A stretch of 64,000 nucleotides of DNA from an uncultured Acholeplasmataceae bacterium (GCA_964552625.1 CAZKGV010000007.1:10264-74263), one strand, 5' to 3'. Shown: positions 51,511-61,581, counted from the first letter of the stretch. Numbers and translations are program-made. Notes: generated by a model not told the origin, from the letters alone.

Positions 51511-51777
51511 TTAAATCCTTTTTAAAATATAATAACCACAATTATAGTTACAACTTTCATTTAAATATTTATAAATATCATTAATATTTGGCTCTTTTTT
51601 TAAATCTTGATAAAAGCCTTTTAATCTGACTATTTCACTGGAAACATCTCCGACTATATAATCATATTTATCGTAGATTTCTGCTACATAACGATCTTGA
51701 AATTTGACAATATCAAAAGCATCTTTATAGTTAGTTGAAAGTTCAAATAATCCGACTGTTGTTTCTACTTTTTTCAT
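51511..51777 (-). CDS. YutD-like protein (DUF1027)
   Basis: NYKDAFD...RY...YDYIVGD....VRLKGFY matches my recollection of the YutD family. The start was refined to MKKVETT. Confidence 0.55.
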   Translation of the reverse strand: MKKVETTVGLFELSTNYKDAFDIVKFQDRYVAEIYDKYDYIVGDVSSEIVRLKGFYQDLKKEPNINDIYKYLNESCNYNCGYYILKRI

Positions 51778-52871
51778 ACATTCTCCTTTTTCAATAAACA
51801 AATTGCCTCTGCAGCAATCGCCTTTTTTTGACCAACCGCATCAAGTTTTTCATTAGTTCCCGCTTTTATGTTTAATCTATCTTGATTTATCACTAAAATC
51901 TTAGCAATAACCGCCTTCATTTTAGGAATATATTTGTTTAGCTTAGGTTCTTCAGCATATACAGAAGCATCAATGTTTTCAATTAAAAAACCCTTTTCTT
52001 GGAGTTTATTTACACAAAACTTTAAAATCTTTTTAGAGTCAAAGTCTTTATAAGCAATATCATCGTCGGGAAAATGCGTCCCTAAATCTCCTTCGCCTAA
52101 AGCACCAATTATCGCTTCAGCAATAGCATGTAATAAAACATCTGCATCACTGTGACCCAAAAGTCCAAAACCACACTTTATTTCAATTCCTCCTAAAAAG
52201 AGTTTTCTATTTTTATCAATTTGATGAATGTCATAAGCATGACCTATTTTATATTTGGGCATAATATATTTTTTTATATCCTCTTGTGTTGTAATTTTTT
52301 CATTGTTTGTCTCATGGAAAAACAAACCAATATTTGAATCAAAATAATTTATATAAAGACTAATATCATCAGTATAATCTTCTTCTTTTTTTAACATATA
52401 CGCTTTTTTAATCTTACTTGTCAAAAAAGCTTGTGGAGTCTCAGCTTCCATCAGTTTTTTTCGATCAACTATTGACAAATCGGTTCGATAGATTGTCGAA
52501 GTTATGGCTTTTACCGGTAGAACTGCATCATATTTTTTTAACAGATCTTTAACTCCTAAAATAAGTTTTTCACTCACAAATGGGCGGGCCGCATCATGAA
52601 TAAGCACATATTTGGTATTTACTTTACTAAGGCCATTTTCTACAGATTCGCTTCTGCTGCTTCCCCCAACAACAACTTCAATATTTTCATATGTTTTAAA
52701 TTCTTGATAATCTATTTTGTTAACAACAAACACGACCTTAAATCCTAACTTTAAAAACTTATCTAAAGAATATTGATAAATGGGTTTATTATTAATCATA
52801 TATTTGATTTTATTTTCTGGTAGATTAAATCTTTTTGCTTTACCAGCTGCTAAAATAATTGCTGTATACAT
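51774..52871 (-). CDS. ispDF: Bifunctional IspD/IspF (MEP cytidylyltransferase / MEcPP synthase)
   Basis: The N-terminus carries AAGKAKRF and HDAARPF (IspD). The C-terminus carries GHAYDIH and GHSDADVLLHA (IspF). Confidence 0.9.
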   Translation of the reverse strand: MYTAIILAAGKAKRFNLPENKIKYMINNKPIYQYSLDKFLKLGFKVVFVVNKIDYQEFKTYENIEVVVGGSSRSESVENGLSKVNTKYVLIHDAARPFVSEKLILGVKDLLKKYDAVLPVKAITSTIYRTDLSIVDRKKLMEAETPQAFLTSKIKKAYMLKKEEDYTDDISLYINYFDSNIGLFFHETNNEKITTQEDIKKYIMPKYKIGHAYDIHQIDKNRKLFLGGIEIKCGFGLLGHSDADVLLHAIAEAIIGALGEGDLGTHFPDDDIAYKDFDSKKILKFCVNKLQEKGFLIENIDASVYAEEPKLNKYIPKMKAVIAKILVINQDRLNIKAGTNEKLDAVGQKKAIAAEAICLLKKENV

Positions 52872-52879
52872 ATTATTTC

Positions 52880-53392
52880 CTAAAGTATTTCATCCATCGC
52901 AATATCATGTACCTCTACATCGACATCTAAGTTTTTCATTGCTTGATGAACAATGCCAATTTTATAACCAAAATGATTTTTAAAATATCGGTCATAATAA
53001 CCCGCTCCATGACCAATTCGGTAATTTTTTGTTGTTGCAACGCAAGGAACTAAATAAAGGTCAATAAATTGTTCTTTTTTATGCAATAACGTCGGTTCTT
53101 TTAAACCAAACTTGCCTAACTGAAGTTCTTTTAAATCGTTAACTTCGCGAAAAGTTAAATCTTTGTTTTCTGTTTTAGGAAAATAAAACTGCTTTTCCGG
53201 ATATAAAACAAGCAAAGAAGTTAAATCGATTTCACCTATTAATGGATAATAAATTCCCACCTTTTTTGCAGTAATAAATTGTGGATTAATTTTAAGAAAC
53301 TTTATTATTTCTTGTTTTCTTTTAATTAAATCCTGTTCTTTTAAATTAGCAAAGAAATCTCGCGCTATTTTTCTTGCTTTGTTTTTATCCAT
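52880..53392 (-). CDS. 5-formyltetrahydrofolate cyclo-ligase
   Basis: It carries the GHGAGYYDRYF signature and is about 170 aa. Confidence 0.8.
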   Translation of the reverse strand: MDKNKARKIARDFFANLKEQDLIKRKQEIIKFLKINPQFITAKKVGIYYPLIGEIDLTSLLVLYPEKQFYFPKTENKDLTFREVNDLKELQLGKFGLKEPTLLHKKEQFIDLYLVPCVATTKNYRIGHGAGYYDRYFKNHFGYKIGIVHQAMKNLDVDVEVHDIAMDEIL

Positions 53393-54959
53393 TTAAATCA
53401 CTGTAATAACAAGCATTTAGTTTGAAATCTTTATGTCTTGCCATATTAAGTGCTTGTTCAGCGAAACTAATCAACTCGCTAGCATCTTTGCTGTCAGTAT
53501 AAGATGAACTAACACCTAGCAAAACTTCAATTTCAGCTGAGACTACCCCATACTTTAATGTTAAATTTAAAAACTCGTTGTTTCCCTTTAATCCTGTTCT
53601 TAAAAGTTCCATCTTTCTTGGATCAACAATAGAAACCGCAAAAACAATCCCAGAGATTCTAAATATTTCACTTGAATCACTCATAAAGCTTGTTTTTAAT
53701 TTCTTTATATACTCACTAATTAACATATTGCCAACTTCGCGTCCATACTTTTTATTTATCTCTGGTATATTTGATAAATCAAAAAGTGCTAATTGAAAAG
53801 TCTTTTTTTGATCAAGCAATGTCTTTAAATGAAAATTAAGCTCTTTTTCTGTTTTTAAATTATCGATAGTATCAATACCAACCTTAAAATAACCTTCTGC
53901 ATGTATTATATTAAATGCTCCTAAAATAATATTAGATGACTTGTCTTCAAAGATTCTTTTCCCTTTATCGCTTGCCCAAATATACTTACCATCTTTTAAA
54001 AATCGATATTTTGTTTTAAAGGATTCTTTTTTAGTTGTCAAACTAGATAGTGTGCCTAAATAACTATTTAGATCCTCAGGATAAATATATTTTTGAAAAT
54101 CTTCATACGCAATGCTGTGAGTTTTTAAACCTGTTTGCTTCAAAAAGTTTTCACTGCCCCAAAGATATTTTTCATCTAAGTCAATATAGTATAACGCTTC
54201 TTCTGTTAGTTCCATTGTTGTAATATATTTAATTCTTAATGATTCTAATTCGTTTTTTGTATTTACAAGCTCTTTTTCAATACCAACTAAATTGAAATCA
54301 CTTTGTTTTTCACCAATATTGATTCTTCCTTTATAAATACCCATAATAAATATTGGTTGTTCGACCATTGTAAACAAAACACTGTTACCTTTATAGTTTT
54401 GAAAAACCATAGTATGTAGGTCTAATTGATCTTTTTTAACTTCTTTTGGATAAGAATCATAATAAGTTTGCAAACTCCGGTTAGAAGTTTTAACATCATC
54501 AAAATTAGTAATTCTAATTGATTTATTAAAAACATCAAATAAGTTTTTCCCAATTACATCCTCTAATTTAAAACCAAGTTCTTCTAACACCCCTTCGCTC
54601 ATCTCTTTAATTTTTCCCTTTTGGTCAACAACATAATAAGCATTCCACTTAGTTGCCTTAATTGAATTTAAAAAACTTTTGTAATGTTTTTTAAAAAACG
54701 TTAATTTCATAATATAAATAAAACCAACCACCAATAATAAAACTCCTGTTAAAATACCCTGCCCCAAAAACAGATAAAAAAACCAGTTTTGTTTTTCAAA
54801 AGTTTTATAAAAAGGAATATAAACCAAAAAAACCACAGCATTAATAAGTGCTAAAATTAATGAAATGTGGTGGTGTTTGTCATCTATAAATTTAATTAAA
54901 TAGACAAACAAAAAAATTAACAACGCTAATAAAAAAGGCATTAACGGTATTAATGACAA
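53385..54959 (-). CDS. Membrane sensor with two PAS-like domains and a degenerate GGDEF domain
   Basis: It has 4 N-terminal TM segments and PAS-like segments (YYVVDQKGKIKEMSEG; YRFLKDGKYIWASDKG). The C-terminal GGDEF-like fold reads LALFDLSNIPEINKKYGREVGN...FRISGIVFAV, so the GGDEF position reads SGIVF. Confidence 0.65.
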   Translation of the reverse strand: MSLIPLMPFLLALLIFLFVYLIKFIDDKHHHISLILALINAVVFLVYIPFYKTFEKQNWFFYLFLGQGILTGVLLLVVGFIYIMKLTFFKKHYKSFLNSIKATKWNAYYVVDQKGKIKEMSEGVLEELGFKLEDVIGKNLFDVFNKSIRITNFDDVKTSNRSLQTYYDSYPKEVKKDQLDLHTMVFQNYKGNSVLFTMVEQPIFIMGIYKGRINIGEKQSDFNLVGIEKELVNTKNELESLRIKYITTMELTEEALYYIDLDEKYLWGSENFLKQTGLKTHSIAYEDFQKYIYPEDLNSYLGTLSSLTTKKESFKTKYRFLKDGKYIWASDKGKRIFEDKSSNIILGAFNIIHAEGYFKVGIDTIDNLKTEKELNFHLKTLLDQKKTFQLALFDLSNIPEINKKYGREVGNMLISEYIKKLKTSFMSDSSEIFRISGIVFAVSIVDPRKMELLRTGLKGNNEFLNLTLKYGVVSAEIEVLLGVSSSYTDSKDASELISFAEQALNMARHKDFKLNACYYSDLNG

Positions 54960-54971
54960 AATACCAACTCC

Positions 54972-55157
54972 TTATTTAATATAATAAACTAACGCAACAA
55001 TAACTGCCATCAATATAAAAGAAATTAATACTCTTAACCAAATGTGTTTATTCATAAATGAGATAAACTTCTCTGATATATTAATTGAGGCAATCACTTT
55101 AATGGGATTAAATAGTACTTGAATAAATATTTTGAAAAAGTTTTTTATTTTTCTCAT
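54972..55157 (-). CDS. Small membrane protein (61 aa)
   Basis: It has two hydrophobic segments and lies immediately downstream of cdaA. Confidence 0.4.
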   Translation of the reverse strand: MRKIKNFFKIFIQVLFNPIKVIASINISEKFISFMNKHIWLRVLISFILMAVIVALVYYIK

Positions 55158-55169
55158 GATTGTCCTCTC

Positions 55170-55901
55170 TTATTTTAAATACATGTTAATGTATTCATAC
55201 ATTTTTTCTTTATCATTTGCTCGAATCATAATTCCTTCAATAACAATCGATACATTTCCTGTTTCTTCAGAAACAACCAAAGTAAGCGCATCAGTTGATT
55301 CGCTAATACCCAGAGCTGCCCGGTGCCGGGATCCCATAGTTTTATCTTCTTTTTCCCGCTCACTTAAATCATAATAAGCACCTGCACACCGAATTAAATC
55401 CCCTTTTATAATCACAGCTCCATCATGCAAAGGAGTATTGGGGGTAAAAATATTAATTAATAATTCTTTACTAACAGCCGAGTTCATTATAATCGCTTTA
55501 TCAGCATAAACGTCAAGCGAATTATGCTTTTCAATTGTAATTAAAGCACCAATTTTTTGGCTTGCCAAATACATTACCGCCTCAACAATTTGGGTCTTTG
55601 TTTCTTGTGAGCCAATTGAAGCCACCTCTAATAAATCTTTCGACCACCCAACCTCAAAACCCTTTCTAATGTCTGGTGATTGAATTACAATCAAAAACAC
55701 CGGTGCCCAAAAACTAACTTCCTTTAAGACTCGGTAACTAATCATAAGCTCCAATTTCCAAGCTCCCCATGTGAGTAGATAAACAAAAGCGATAATTAAA
55801 AACAATTTTAAAACCTTTTTTGAACTCAAAAAGAAAGATAAGAAAAAATAAATAATTATCCATAAAACATAACTATCTAAAATAATTTTATAATCCGGCA
55901 T
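55170..55901 (-). CDS. cdaA: Diadenylate cyclase CdaA (DisA_N domain)
   Basis: It has N-terminal TM segments and the motifs GALITIE, PLHDGAVII, GSRHRAALG and VVSEETG. Confidence 0.9.
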   Translation of the reverse strand: MPDYKIILDSYVLWIIIYFFLSFFLSSKKVLKLFLIIAFVYLLTWGAWKLELMISYRVLKEVSFWAPVFLIVIQSPDIRKGFEVGWSKDLLEVASIGSQETKTQIVEAVMYLASQKIGALITIEKHNSLDVYADKAIIMNSAVSKELLINIFTPNTPLHDGAVIIKGDLIRCAGAYYDLSEREKEDKTMGSRHRAALGISESTDALTLVVSEETGNVSIVIEGIMIRANDKEKMYEYINMYLK

Positions 55902-56001
55902 ATTTTCACTCCTTATAGATTATTATATCATAGAAAATAAGCCTTTTTACAATTCTTTTAGTTTTAAAATAGATAGTTTTTTATATTCTCGAAATTATGA
56001 A

Positions 56002-56019
56002 ATGAATATTAATATTCAT
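56002..56019. promoter_or_regulatory. Perfect 18-bp palindrome ATGAATATTAATATTCAT in the divergent intergenic region
   Basis: The palindrome was read directly. It lies between cdaA and the flavoprotein-EAL gene. Its function is unknown. Confidence 0.3.
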
Positions 56020-56190
56020 CTTTTTATTCTCAAAAATAAATTCGGTTTTAGACATCCTATATTAGATTGTCTATTTAATGGCAAATGCTTAATTGTTTTT
56101 CTTTTGCTGATGATAAAATAATAGTGTATGATAAACTGGATTTGCTAACCACAAAATTAATGTAAATCTTGTTTTAGGGGGAATTTAACG

Positions 56191-58278
56191 ATGGAAAAAA
56201 ATCATCAATTATTTGATATTGGGATAATTGGCGCTGGTATTGGAGGTTTAACTGCGGCTCTTGAAGCTGGACAAAATGGTTTAAATGTAGTTTTATTCGA
56301 AAAAAGAAATCTTGGTGGAGTTGCATTTAATGGCGGAGATATACTATTAAGAAAGTTTTATAATTATCTTAATGATATTTCTTTGCTCCACTTAGATACT
56401 CACCAACAGCCTTTAAAATCACAATCAATAAAAGAATTATTGGCCTTATTTAAACATAACCAAAAACAGCACATTGCTGATTATATTGACTTGTTTGCTG
56501 GCTTAAAAAACATTAAAGTTGTTTACGATAAAGCTTCTTTAATTAATCAAAACACCATTAAAACAAGCAATAAGACTTATAAATTTAATTCTATTGTTTT
56601 AGCTTATGGGCAAACACCACGACTACCAAAAATAAAAGGGTTAGAGGAATCCTTAAAAAGTGGTTTTTTACGAAAAGCACACGAGCTTGTTGATGTAGAA
56701 AATGATTTTAACAAGGTTGCCATAATCGGCTCTGGGAGAATCGCTTTTTCACTCGCATCTTTTTTATCTAGTGTTGGTGTTGATGTTTATGTTTTAGCTA
56801 GAAACGGTTTTTTAAATCATTTAGATGATGATATTAAAAAAATTTATTTAAATTTAATTCAAAAAGATAATCTCTATTTAATAGATAATACTAGTCTTAC
56901 AGAAATTAAAAATCAAACAATATACTATCAAAAAGATAATAAAAAGGAAAAACTTGAAGTTGATGTTGCCCTTGTTGCGATGGGGTTTAAACCCAATAAT
57001 AACATTATAGAAAACCTAAACTTCGCTATTGATTCACAAGGTATAATCACGAATGATTTTTTACAAACCAACTACCCAAACATCTATGCGGTTGGTGATT
57101 GTAACAACAAAGACAAATTTAGCAGTTTAGCTATCGCAGAAGCTATTACGGCCATTAATCATATTTCAGGTCACAAAATACCGCTTGATTACAATAATTT
57201 TGTGAGAAACAATTTTCTTACTTACCAATATTCTAGCTATGGCAACACTGAAAAATATTTAATTAATCACAAAATTCCTTATTTTAAACTAGCTTTTTAT
57301 CCAGAAAAACAAGCCGATTTCAAGCAAAATGTTAAATATGTTAAAATATTAATCCATAAATACACTAGAGCTCTTTTGGGACTTTCTGCTGTTGGCTTAA
57401 AACTAGATAATGAAATTAACGCAATTATTAATGTAGTTAACAATCCCATTCACAAAACTTATGAAAATAGATACTCAATTTTCTCTAATGCTCATTATAT
57501 TGGCAAATTATTAATCAACATGTTAAGAAAACATGATGCTGGAATAATTAATGATAACTTAGTTAATGTCTATCAACCAAAATATGATACTCAAACTTTA
57601 AAAATTGTTGGCTGTGAAGTTTTATCGCGCTTTAATGTTGATGGAAAATATCATAATCCTATGCCTTTTATTGACGCCTTTGAGTCAAATGAAACAATTA
57701 TCAATCTTGATTTAAAAGTATTAGAAAATTCTTGTAAAGTCATTAATGAATTAGAATCATTAAATCTAATTGATGATGATTTTACTATATCTATTAACTT
57801 ATCTCCTTTAACACTTGATACTGTTACCATTGAAAAACTTAAAGAAATAGTCTTAGCTCATAATGTTAAAAACTCAAGAATAACATTTGAACTAACCGAA
57901 CGAGTTACAAAAGAAAAAATAGATTTATTTAAAGCAATCGAAAAGCTCAAGCAATGCAATGCAAGATTAAGCATGGATGATTTTTCTGTTGGTCATTCTT
58001 CTCTTGCCCTTTTAAAGTATTCTTTGCTAGATGAAGTTAAAATAGATATGAGTTTACTTCCCAAAGATCAAACCGATAAAGACGGAGAAATAATCTATCA
58101 AAAAATGGTTGCTATTTTAAAACAATTAAACGTGTCAATTGTTGCTGAAGGTGTAGAAACAAAATATCATTACAATTTAGTTAAAAAATTGAAGGTTGAT
58201 GAAGTGCAAGGGTATTATTTTTCCAAACCGCTTACCAAAGAAGAATTGTTTTCTAAGCTTAAAACCAAAAAGCAGTAA
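56191..58278 (+). CDS. Fusion protein with an N-terminal pyridine nucleotide-disulfide oxidoreductase-like flavoprotein module (no redox cysteines) and a C-terminal EAL domain
   Basis: The N-terminal module carries GAGIGG, a second Rossmann motif GSGRIAFS and YAVGDC. GGVAFNGGDILLRK replaces the canonical GGTCLNVGCIPSK. The C-terminal EAL hallmarks are YQPKY...GCEVLSRF, INLSP, FELTE, DDFSVGHSS, VKID, VAEGVET and VQGYYFSKP. Confidence 0.8.
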   Translation: MEKNHQLFDIGIIGAGIGGLTAALEAGQNGLNVVLFEKRNLGGVAFNGGDILLRKFYNYLNDISLLHLDTHQQPLKSQSIKELLALFKHNQKQHIADYIDLFAGLKNIKVVYDKASLINQNTIKTSNKTYKFNSIVLAYGQTPRLPKIKGLEESLKSGFLRKAHELVDVENDFNKVAIIGSGRIAFSLASFLSSVGVDVYVLARNGFLNHLDDDIKKIYLNLIQKDNLYLIDNTSLTEIKNQTIYYQKDNKKEKLEVDVALVAMGFKPNNNIIENLNFAIDSQGIITNDFLQTNYPNIYAVGDCNNKDKFSSLAIAEAITAINHISGHKIPLDYNNFVRNNFLTYQYSSYGNTEKYLINHKIPYFKLAFYPEKQADFKQNVKYVKILIHKYTRALLGLSAVGLKLDNEINAIINVVNNPIHKTYENRYSIFSNAHYIGKLLINMLRKHDAGIINDNLVNVYQPKYDTQTLKIVGCEVLSRFNVDGKYHNPMPFIDAFESNETIINLDLKVLENSCKVINELESLNLIDDDFTISINLSPLTLDTVTIEKLKEIVLAHNVKNSRITFELTERVTKEKIDLFKAIEKLKQCNARLSMDDFSVGHSSLALLKYSLLDEVKIDMSLLPKDQTDKDGEIIYQKMVAILKQLNVSIVAEGVETKYHYNLVKKLKVDEVQGYYFSKPLTKEELFSKLKTKKQ

Positions 58279-58328
58279 TATATTCCCTAAATTGTTTAAA
58301 CTATAATTTATTAAAATATTTCAGCACT

Positions 58329-58352
58329 AGCAGCATTAAAACTGCTTTTTTG
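58329..58352 (+). terminator. Terminator after the EAL gene
   Basis: AGCAG-CATTAAAA-CTGCT is followed by T6. An extended -10 (TGTTATAAT, 58351-58359) for hflX comes next. Confidence 0.55.
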
Positions 58353-58410
58353 TTATAATGACTATGAAAGCCAAAATAGACTTTATTATTGAAAAAAAAT
58401 GAGGTAAGTT

Positions 58411-59664
58411 ATGGATAAAGCAATTTTAGTTGGACTTGAACTTGGTTTGTATGATACCAAAGTTTCGCTAAACGAACTGCAAAATATTGCCAATGCTTTA
58501 AATATTTCAGTTGAAGCTGTTATAACCCAAAAATTAGCAACACCTAATGTTAAAACTTATGTGGGCAGTGGTAAATTGGAAGAAATTAAAAAAACGATTG
58601 CTATTTTGGATATAACTATCGTTATTTTTGATGATGAGCTATCCCCTAGTCAAATAAGAAACTTAGAAGATATTCTTGATGTGCAAATAATTGACCGTAG
58701 TTTTTTAATCTTATCAATTTTCACCGAACGCGCTAAAACAAAAAGCGCTCTTATAGAAGTTTCGCTTGCTCAACAAAAATATTTACTTCCAAGACTTGTT
58801 GGAATGAGAAAAAGTTTATCCAGACAAGGCGGAGGCTCATATAACGCTAAAGGTCCTGGAGAAACAAAGCTAGAATTAGATAGAAGATTAATTGAAAAAA
58901 ACATTGTTAAACTAGAAAAATCATTGAAAAAACTCAATCGCCAAAAACAAACAGAAACAAAAACAAGAAGAAAAAGCGGTATTCCTATTGTTAGTTTAGT
59001 TGGTTATACTAATGCTGGCAAAAGTGCCACTTTAAACGCAATAATCAAACATTTAGAACTTACTACTGGAACCGTTTTTGAAAAAGACTTGCTGTTTGCT
59101 ACTTTGGATACAAACGCTAGACAAATAACAAAAAAAGGATATCCTCCTTTTATCTTAAGCGATACAATTGGCTTTTTATCAAGACTACCTTTAGCTTTTA
59201 TTAACTCTTTTAAATCAACTTTAAGCGAAATTAAAAACAGTGATTTGATTATTCATATAATTGATGGTACAAGCAAAAATTTGCAAACCCATTTATCAAC
59301 AACTCAAGCAGTTTTACAAGAATTAAGTGTTAATTATATTCCCACAATAAATATCTACACAAAACTAGATCTATTATCACAAAAAGAAAAAAACGACCTT
59401 TATATTTCTAATAAAACTTTAGAAAATATTAATACTTTAATTGATTTGATTTATTTAAACCTTTTTGGGAAAAAACTGTTTGCAAAACTTCATGTCCCCT
59501 ATAATAAACTAAAAATCATGGAATCACTTAACAAAAACACTGAGGTTTTAAATATCACATATGATGCCAAACATGTTATTATTGATACTAAATTATTTGA
59601 AAAACAATTACCTGTTTATCGAGACTATATCTATAAAACCGTTAATTCTAAGTCTCTTAAATAA
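58411..59664 (+). CDS. hflX: GTPase HflX
   Basis: It has the HflX N-domain, then G1 GYTNAGKS, and DTIGF. Confidence 0.9.
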   Translation: MDKAILVGLELGLYDTKVSLNELQNIANALNISVEAVITQKLATPNVKTYVGSGKLEEIKKTIAILDITIVIFDDELSPSQIRNLEDILDVQIIDRSFLILSIFTERAKTKSALIEVSLAQQKYLLPRLVGMRKSLSRQGGGSYNAKGPGETKLELDRRLIEKNIVKLEKSLKKLNRQKQTETKTRRKSGIPIVSLVGYTNAGKSATLNAIIKHLELTTGTVFEKDLLFATLDTNARQITKKGYPPFILSDTIGFLSRLPLAFINSFKSTLSEIKNSDLIIHIIDGTSKNLQTHLSTTQAVLQELSVNYIPTINIYTKLDLLSQKEKNDLYISNKTLENINTLIDLIYLNLFGKKLFAKLHVPYNKLKIMESLNKNTEVLNITYDAKHVIIDTKLFEKQLPVYRDYIYKTVNSKSLK

Positions 59665-60617
59665 ATATTTATAATTTGATCAAAGTGCTTTTTACTTTCT
59701 AGTTTTGCCAATTTTATTCTCGCTGTTTTGCTTTTTTGAAGTCCTTTAAAATACCAAGGTCCATGGCTTCGCATTTCTAGAGTAGCTATTTTTTCTCCTT
59801 TGTATTTAATTAATTCATCATAATGAAAAGTTAATACCTCGATAACTTCGCTAACCGAAGGCTTTTTATACTCTTTTTTATTTAAATAAGCATTTATTTC
59901 AGCAAAAATAAAAGGATTGCCCAATGCTTTCCTACCTACCATTATCGCATCTACATTAGTATAATCAAGCATCATTTTAGCAGAAGGACCATCAATAATA
60001 TCACCGTTACCAATTACGGGAATGCTTACTACTTCTTTAACTTTTTTAATAATATCCAAATCAACTGCACCGCTATACATTTGACTTCTGGTTCTACCAT
60101 GAATAATAATTGCATCAGCACCAGCAGCTTCCGCTTTTTGAGCAACTAAAACAGCATTAATTGAATTTTTATCCCAACCACTTCTTATTTTCACCGTAAG
60201 CGGCTTACTTATTACTTGTTTAACTGCCTTTACAATTTGATAAATCTTTTCTGGATCTTTAAGAAGAAAAGCTCCGGCTTGAGATTTCTTTGCTACCTTT
60301 GGTACCGGACATCCCATATTAAGATCAATAATATCAGCATCGGTTTTATCATTTACATATTTTGCTGCAAAAACCAAATCATCGATATTGCTGCCAAAGA
60401 TTTGCTGAGCATATGGATGAGAGTCTTTATCGTTATGAAGCAAAAGTTTTGTTTTTGTGTTATTATAAAAAAGTCCTTTATCAGATACCATTTCTGAAAA
60501 GCACAAACCTGCACCATATTTTTTAGCAATTTTTCTAAATACTTTATTAGATACTCCTGCCATAGGTGCTAAAAAAACTTTGTTTTGGATTTCTACTGAG
60601 CCAATTTTTAATGACAT
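59631..60617 (-). CDS. dusB: tRNA-dihydrouridine synthase
   Basis: It carries LAPMAGVS, NMGCP and HGRTR. Confidence 0.9.
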   Translation of the reverse strand: MSLKIGSVEIQNKVFLAPMAGVSNKVFRKIAKKYGAGLCFSEMVSDKGLFYNNTKTKLLLHNDKDSHPYAQQIFGSNIDDLVFAAKYVNDKTDADIIDLNMGCPVPKVAKKSQAGAFLLKDPEKIYQIVKAVKQVISKPLTVKIRSGWDKNSINAVLVAQKAEAAGADAIIIHGRTRSQMYSGAVDLDIIKKVKEVVSIPVIGNGDIIDGPSAKMMLDYTNVDAIMVGRKALGNPFIFAEINAYLNKKEYKKPSVSEVIEVLTFHYDELIKYKGEKIATLEMRSHGPWYFKGLQKSKTARIKLAKLESKKHFDQIINIYLRDLELTVL

Positions 60618-60696
60618 TTAATCACCAAAATAATTATATCATAGTAAAACTTTTTTAGATTAAACATAGATTACAAAGGAGACTTAATTAGATATT

Positions 60697-61581
60697 ATGA
60701 AAGATCATGTCTTAATTGCAACAGCATATAACAATGAAGCCCGAATCTATGCTTGTAGCACAAAACATTTAGTTGAAAAAGCGCGAATAACACATCAAAC
60801 ATGGCCCACATCTACTGCCGCTTTAGGTAGATTATTAACCGCTGCAGCAATGATGAGTTTTTTCAACAAAGATGACTCAACTTTAACTTTGCAAATTAAA
60901 AGCGATGGTTTAATTAAAACAATAACTGCCCAAGCAAATATCTTAGGTGAATTAAGAGGTCTAATTGATAATAAAGAAGTTTACCTTAAAGATGAAAAAA
61001 ACAATAAACTTGCTGTTGGAAAAGCAATTGGTCATGGTTTTTTAACTTTAGCAAGAAACCCTGGCCTAAAATCAAGTTTTACATCTTCTGTTAAACTAAT
61101 CTCAGGCGAAATAGCCGAGGATTTAACTTATTATTTTGCGGTTTCCGAACAAACTTTTTCAACTGTTGGTTTAGGAGTACTAATAAATACTGATAATAAA
61201 GTTAAGCAAGCTGGTGGTTTTATAGTTCAATTAATGCCTAATGCAACAGAAAAAACTATCTCAGCTCTAGAAAAAACAATAAAAACCATAAGTAGCGTTA
61301 CTGATTTGTATGATTCAGGCTTAAAAACAAATGACCTTATAACCCTTTTAGCTAACAATCAAGAAAAAATCCTTGATAAAAAGGATATTGTTTATCGCTG
61401 TGGTTGCAGTAAAAACTATTATTATAATTCTTTAAAAAAATTAGACCTTATCACTTTAAAGTCACTTATTCAGGATGATGAAAAAATTGAAGTTGTTTGT
61501 CATTATTGCAATGAAAAATATAATTATTCTAAAGATGAAATTAACAAGTTAATCCTCTTAAAACAAAAAGAACAGCGTTAA
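60697..61581 (+). CDS. hslO: Hsp33 family redox-regulated chaperone
   Basis: It carries the C-terminal zinc centre CGCS...CHYC. Confidence 0.9.
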   Translation: MKDHVLIATAYNNEARIYACSTKHLVEKARITHQTWPTSTAALGRLLTAAAMMSFFNKDDSTLTLQIKSDGLIKTITAQANILGELRGLIDNKEVYLKDEKNNKLAVGKAIGHGFLTLARNPGLKSSFTSSVKLISGEIAEDLTYYFAVSEQTFSTVGLGVLINTDNKVKQAGGFIVQLMPNATEKTISALEKTIKTISSVTDLYDSGLKTNDLITLLANNQEKILDKKDIVYRCGCSKNYYYNSLKKLDLITLKSLIQDDEKIEVVCHYCNEKYNYSKDEINKLILLKQKEQR

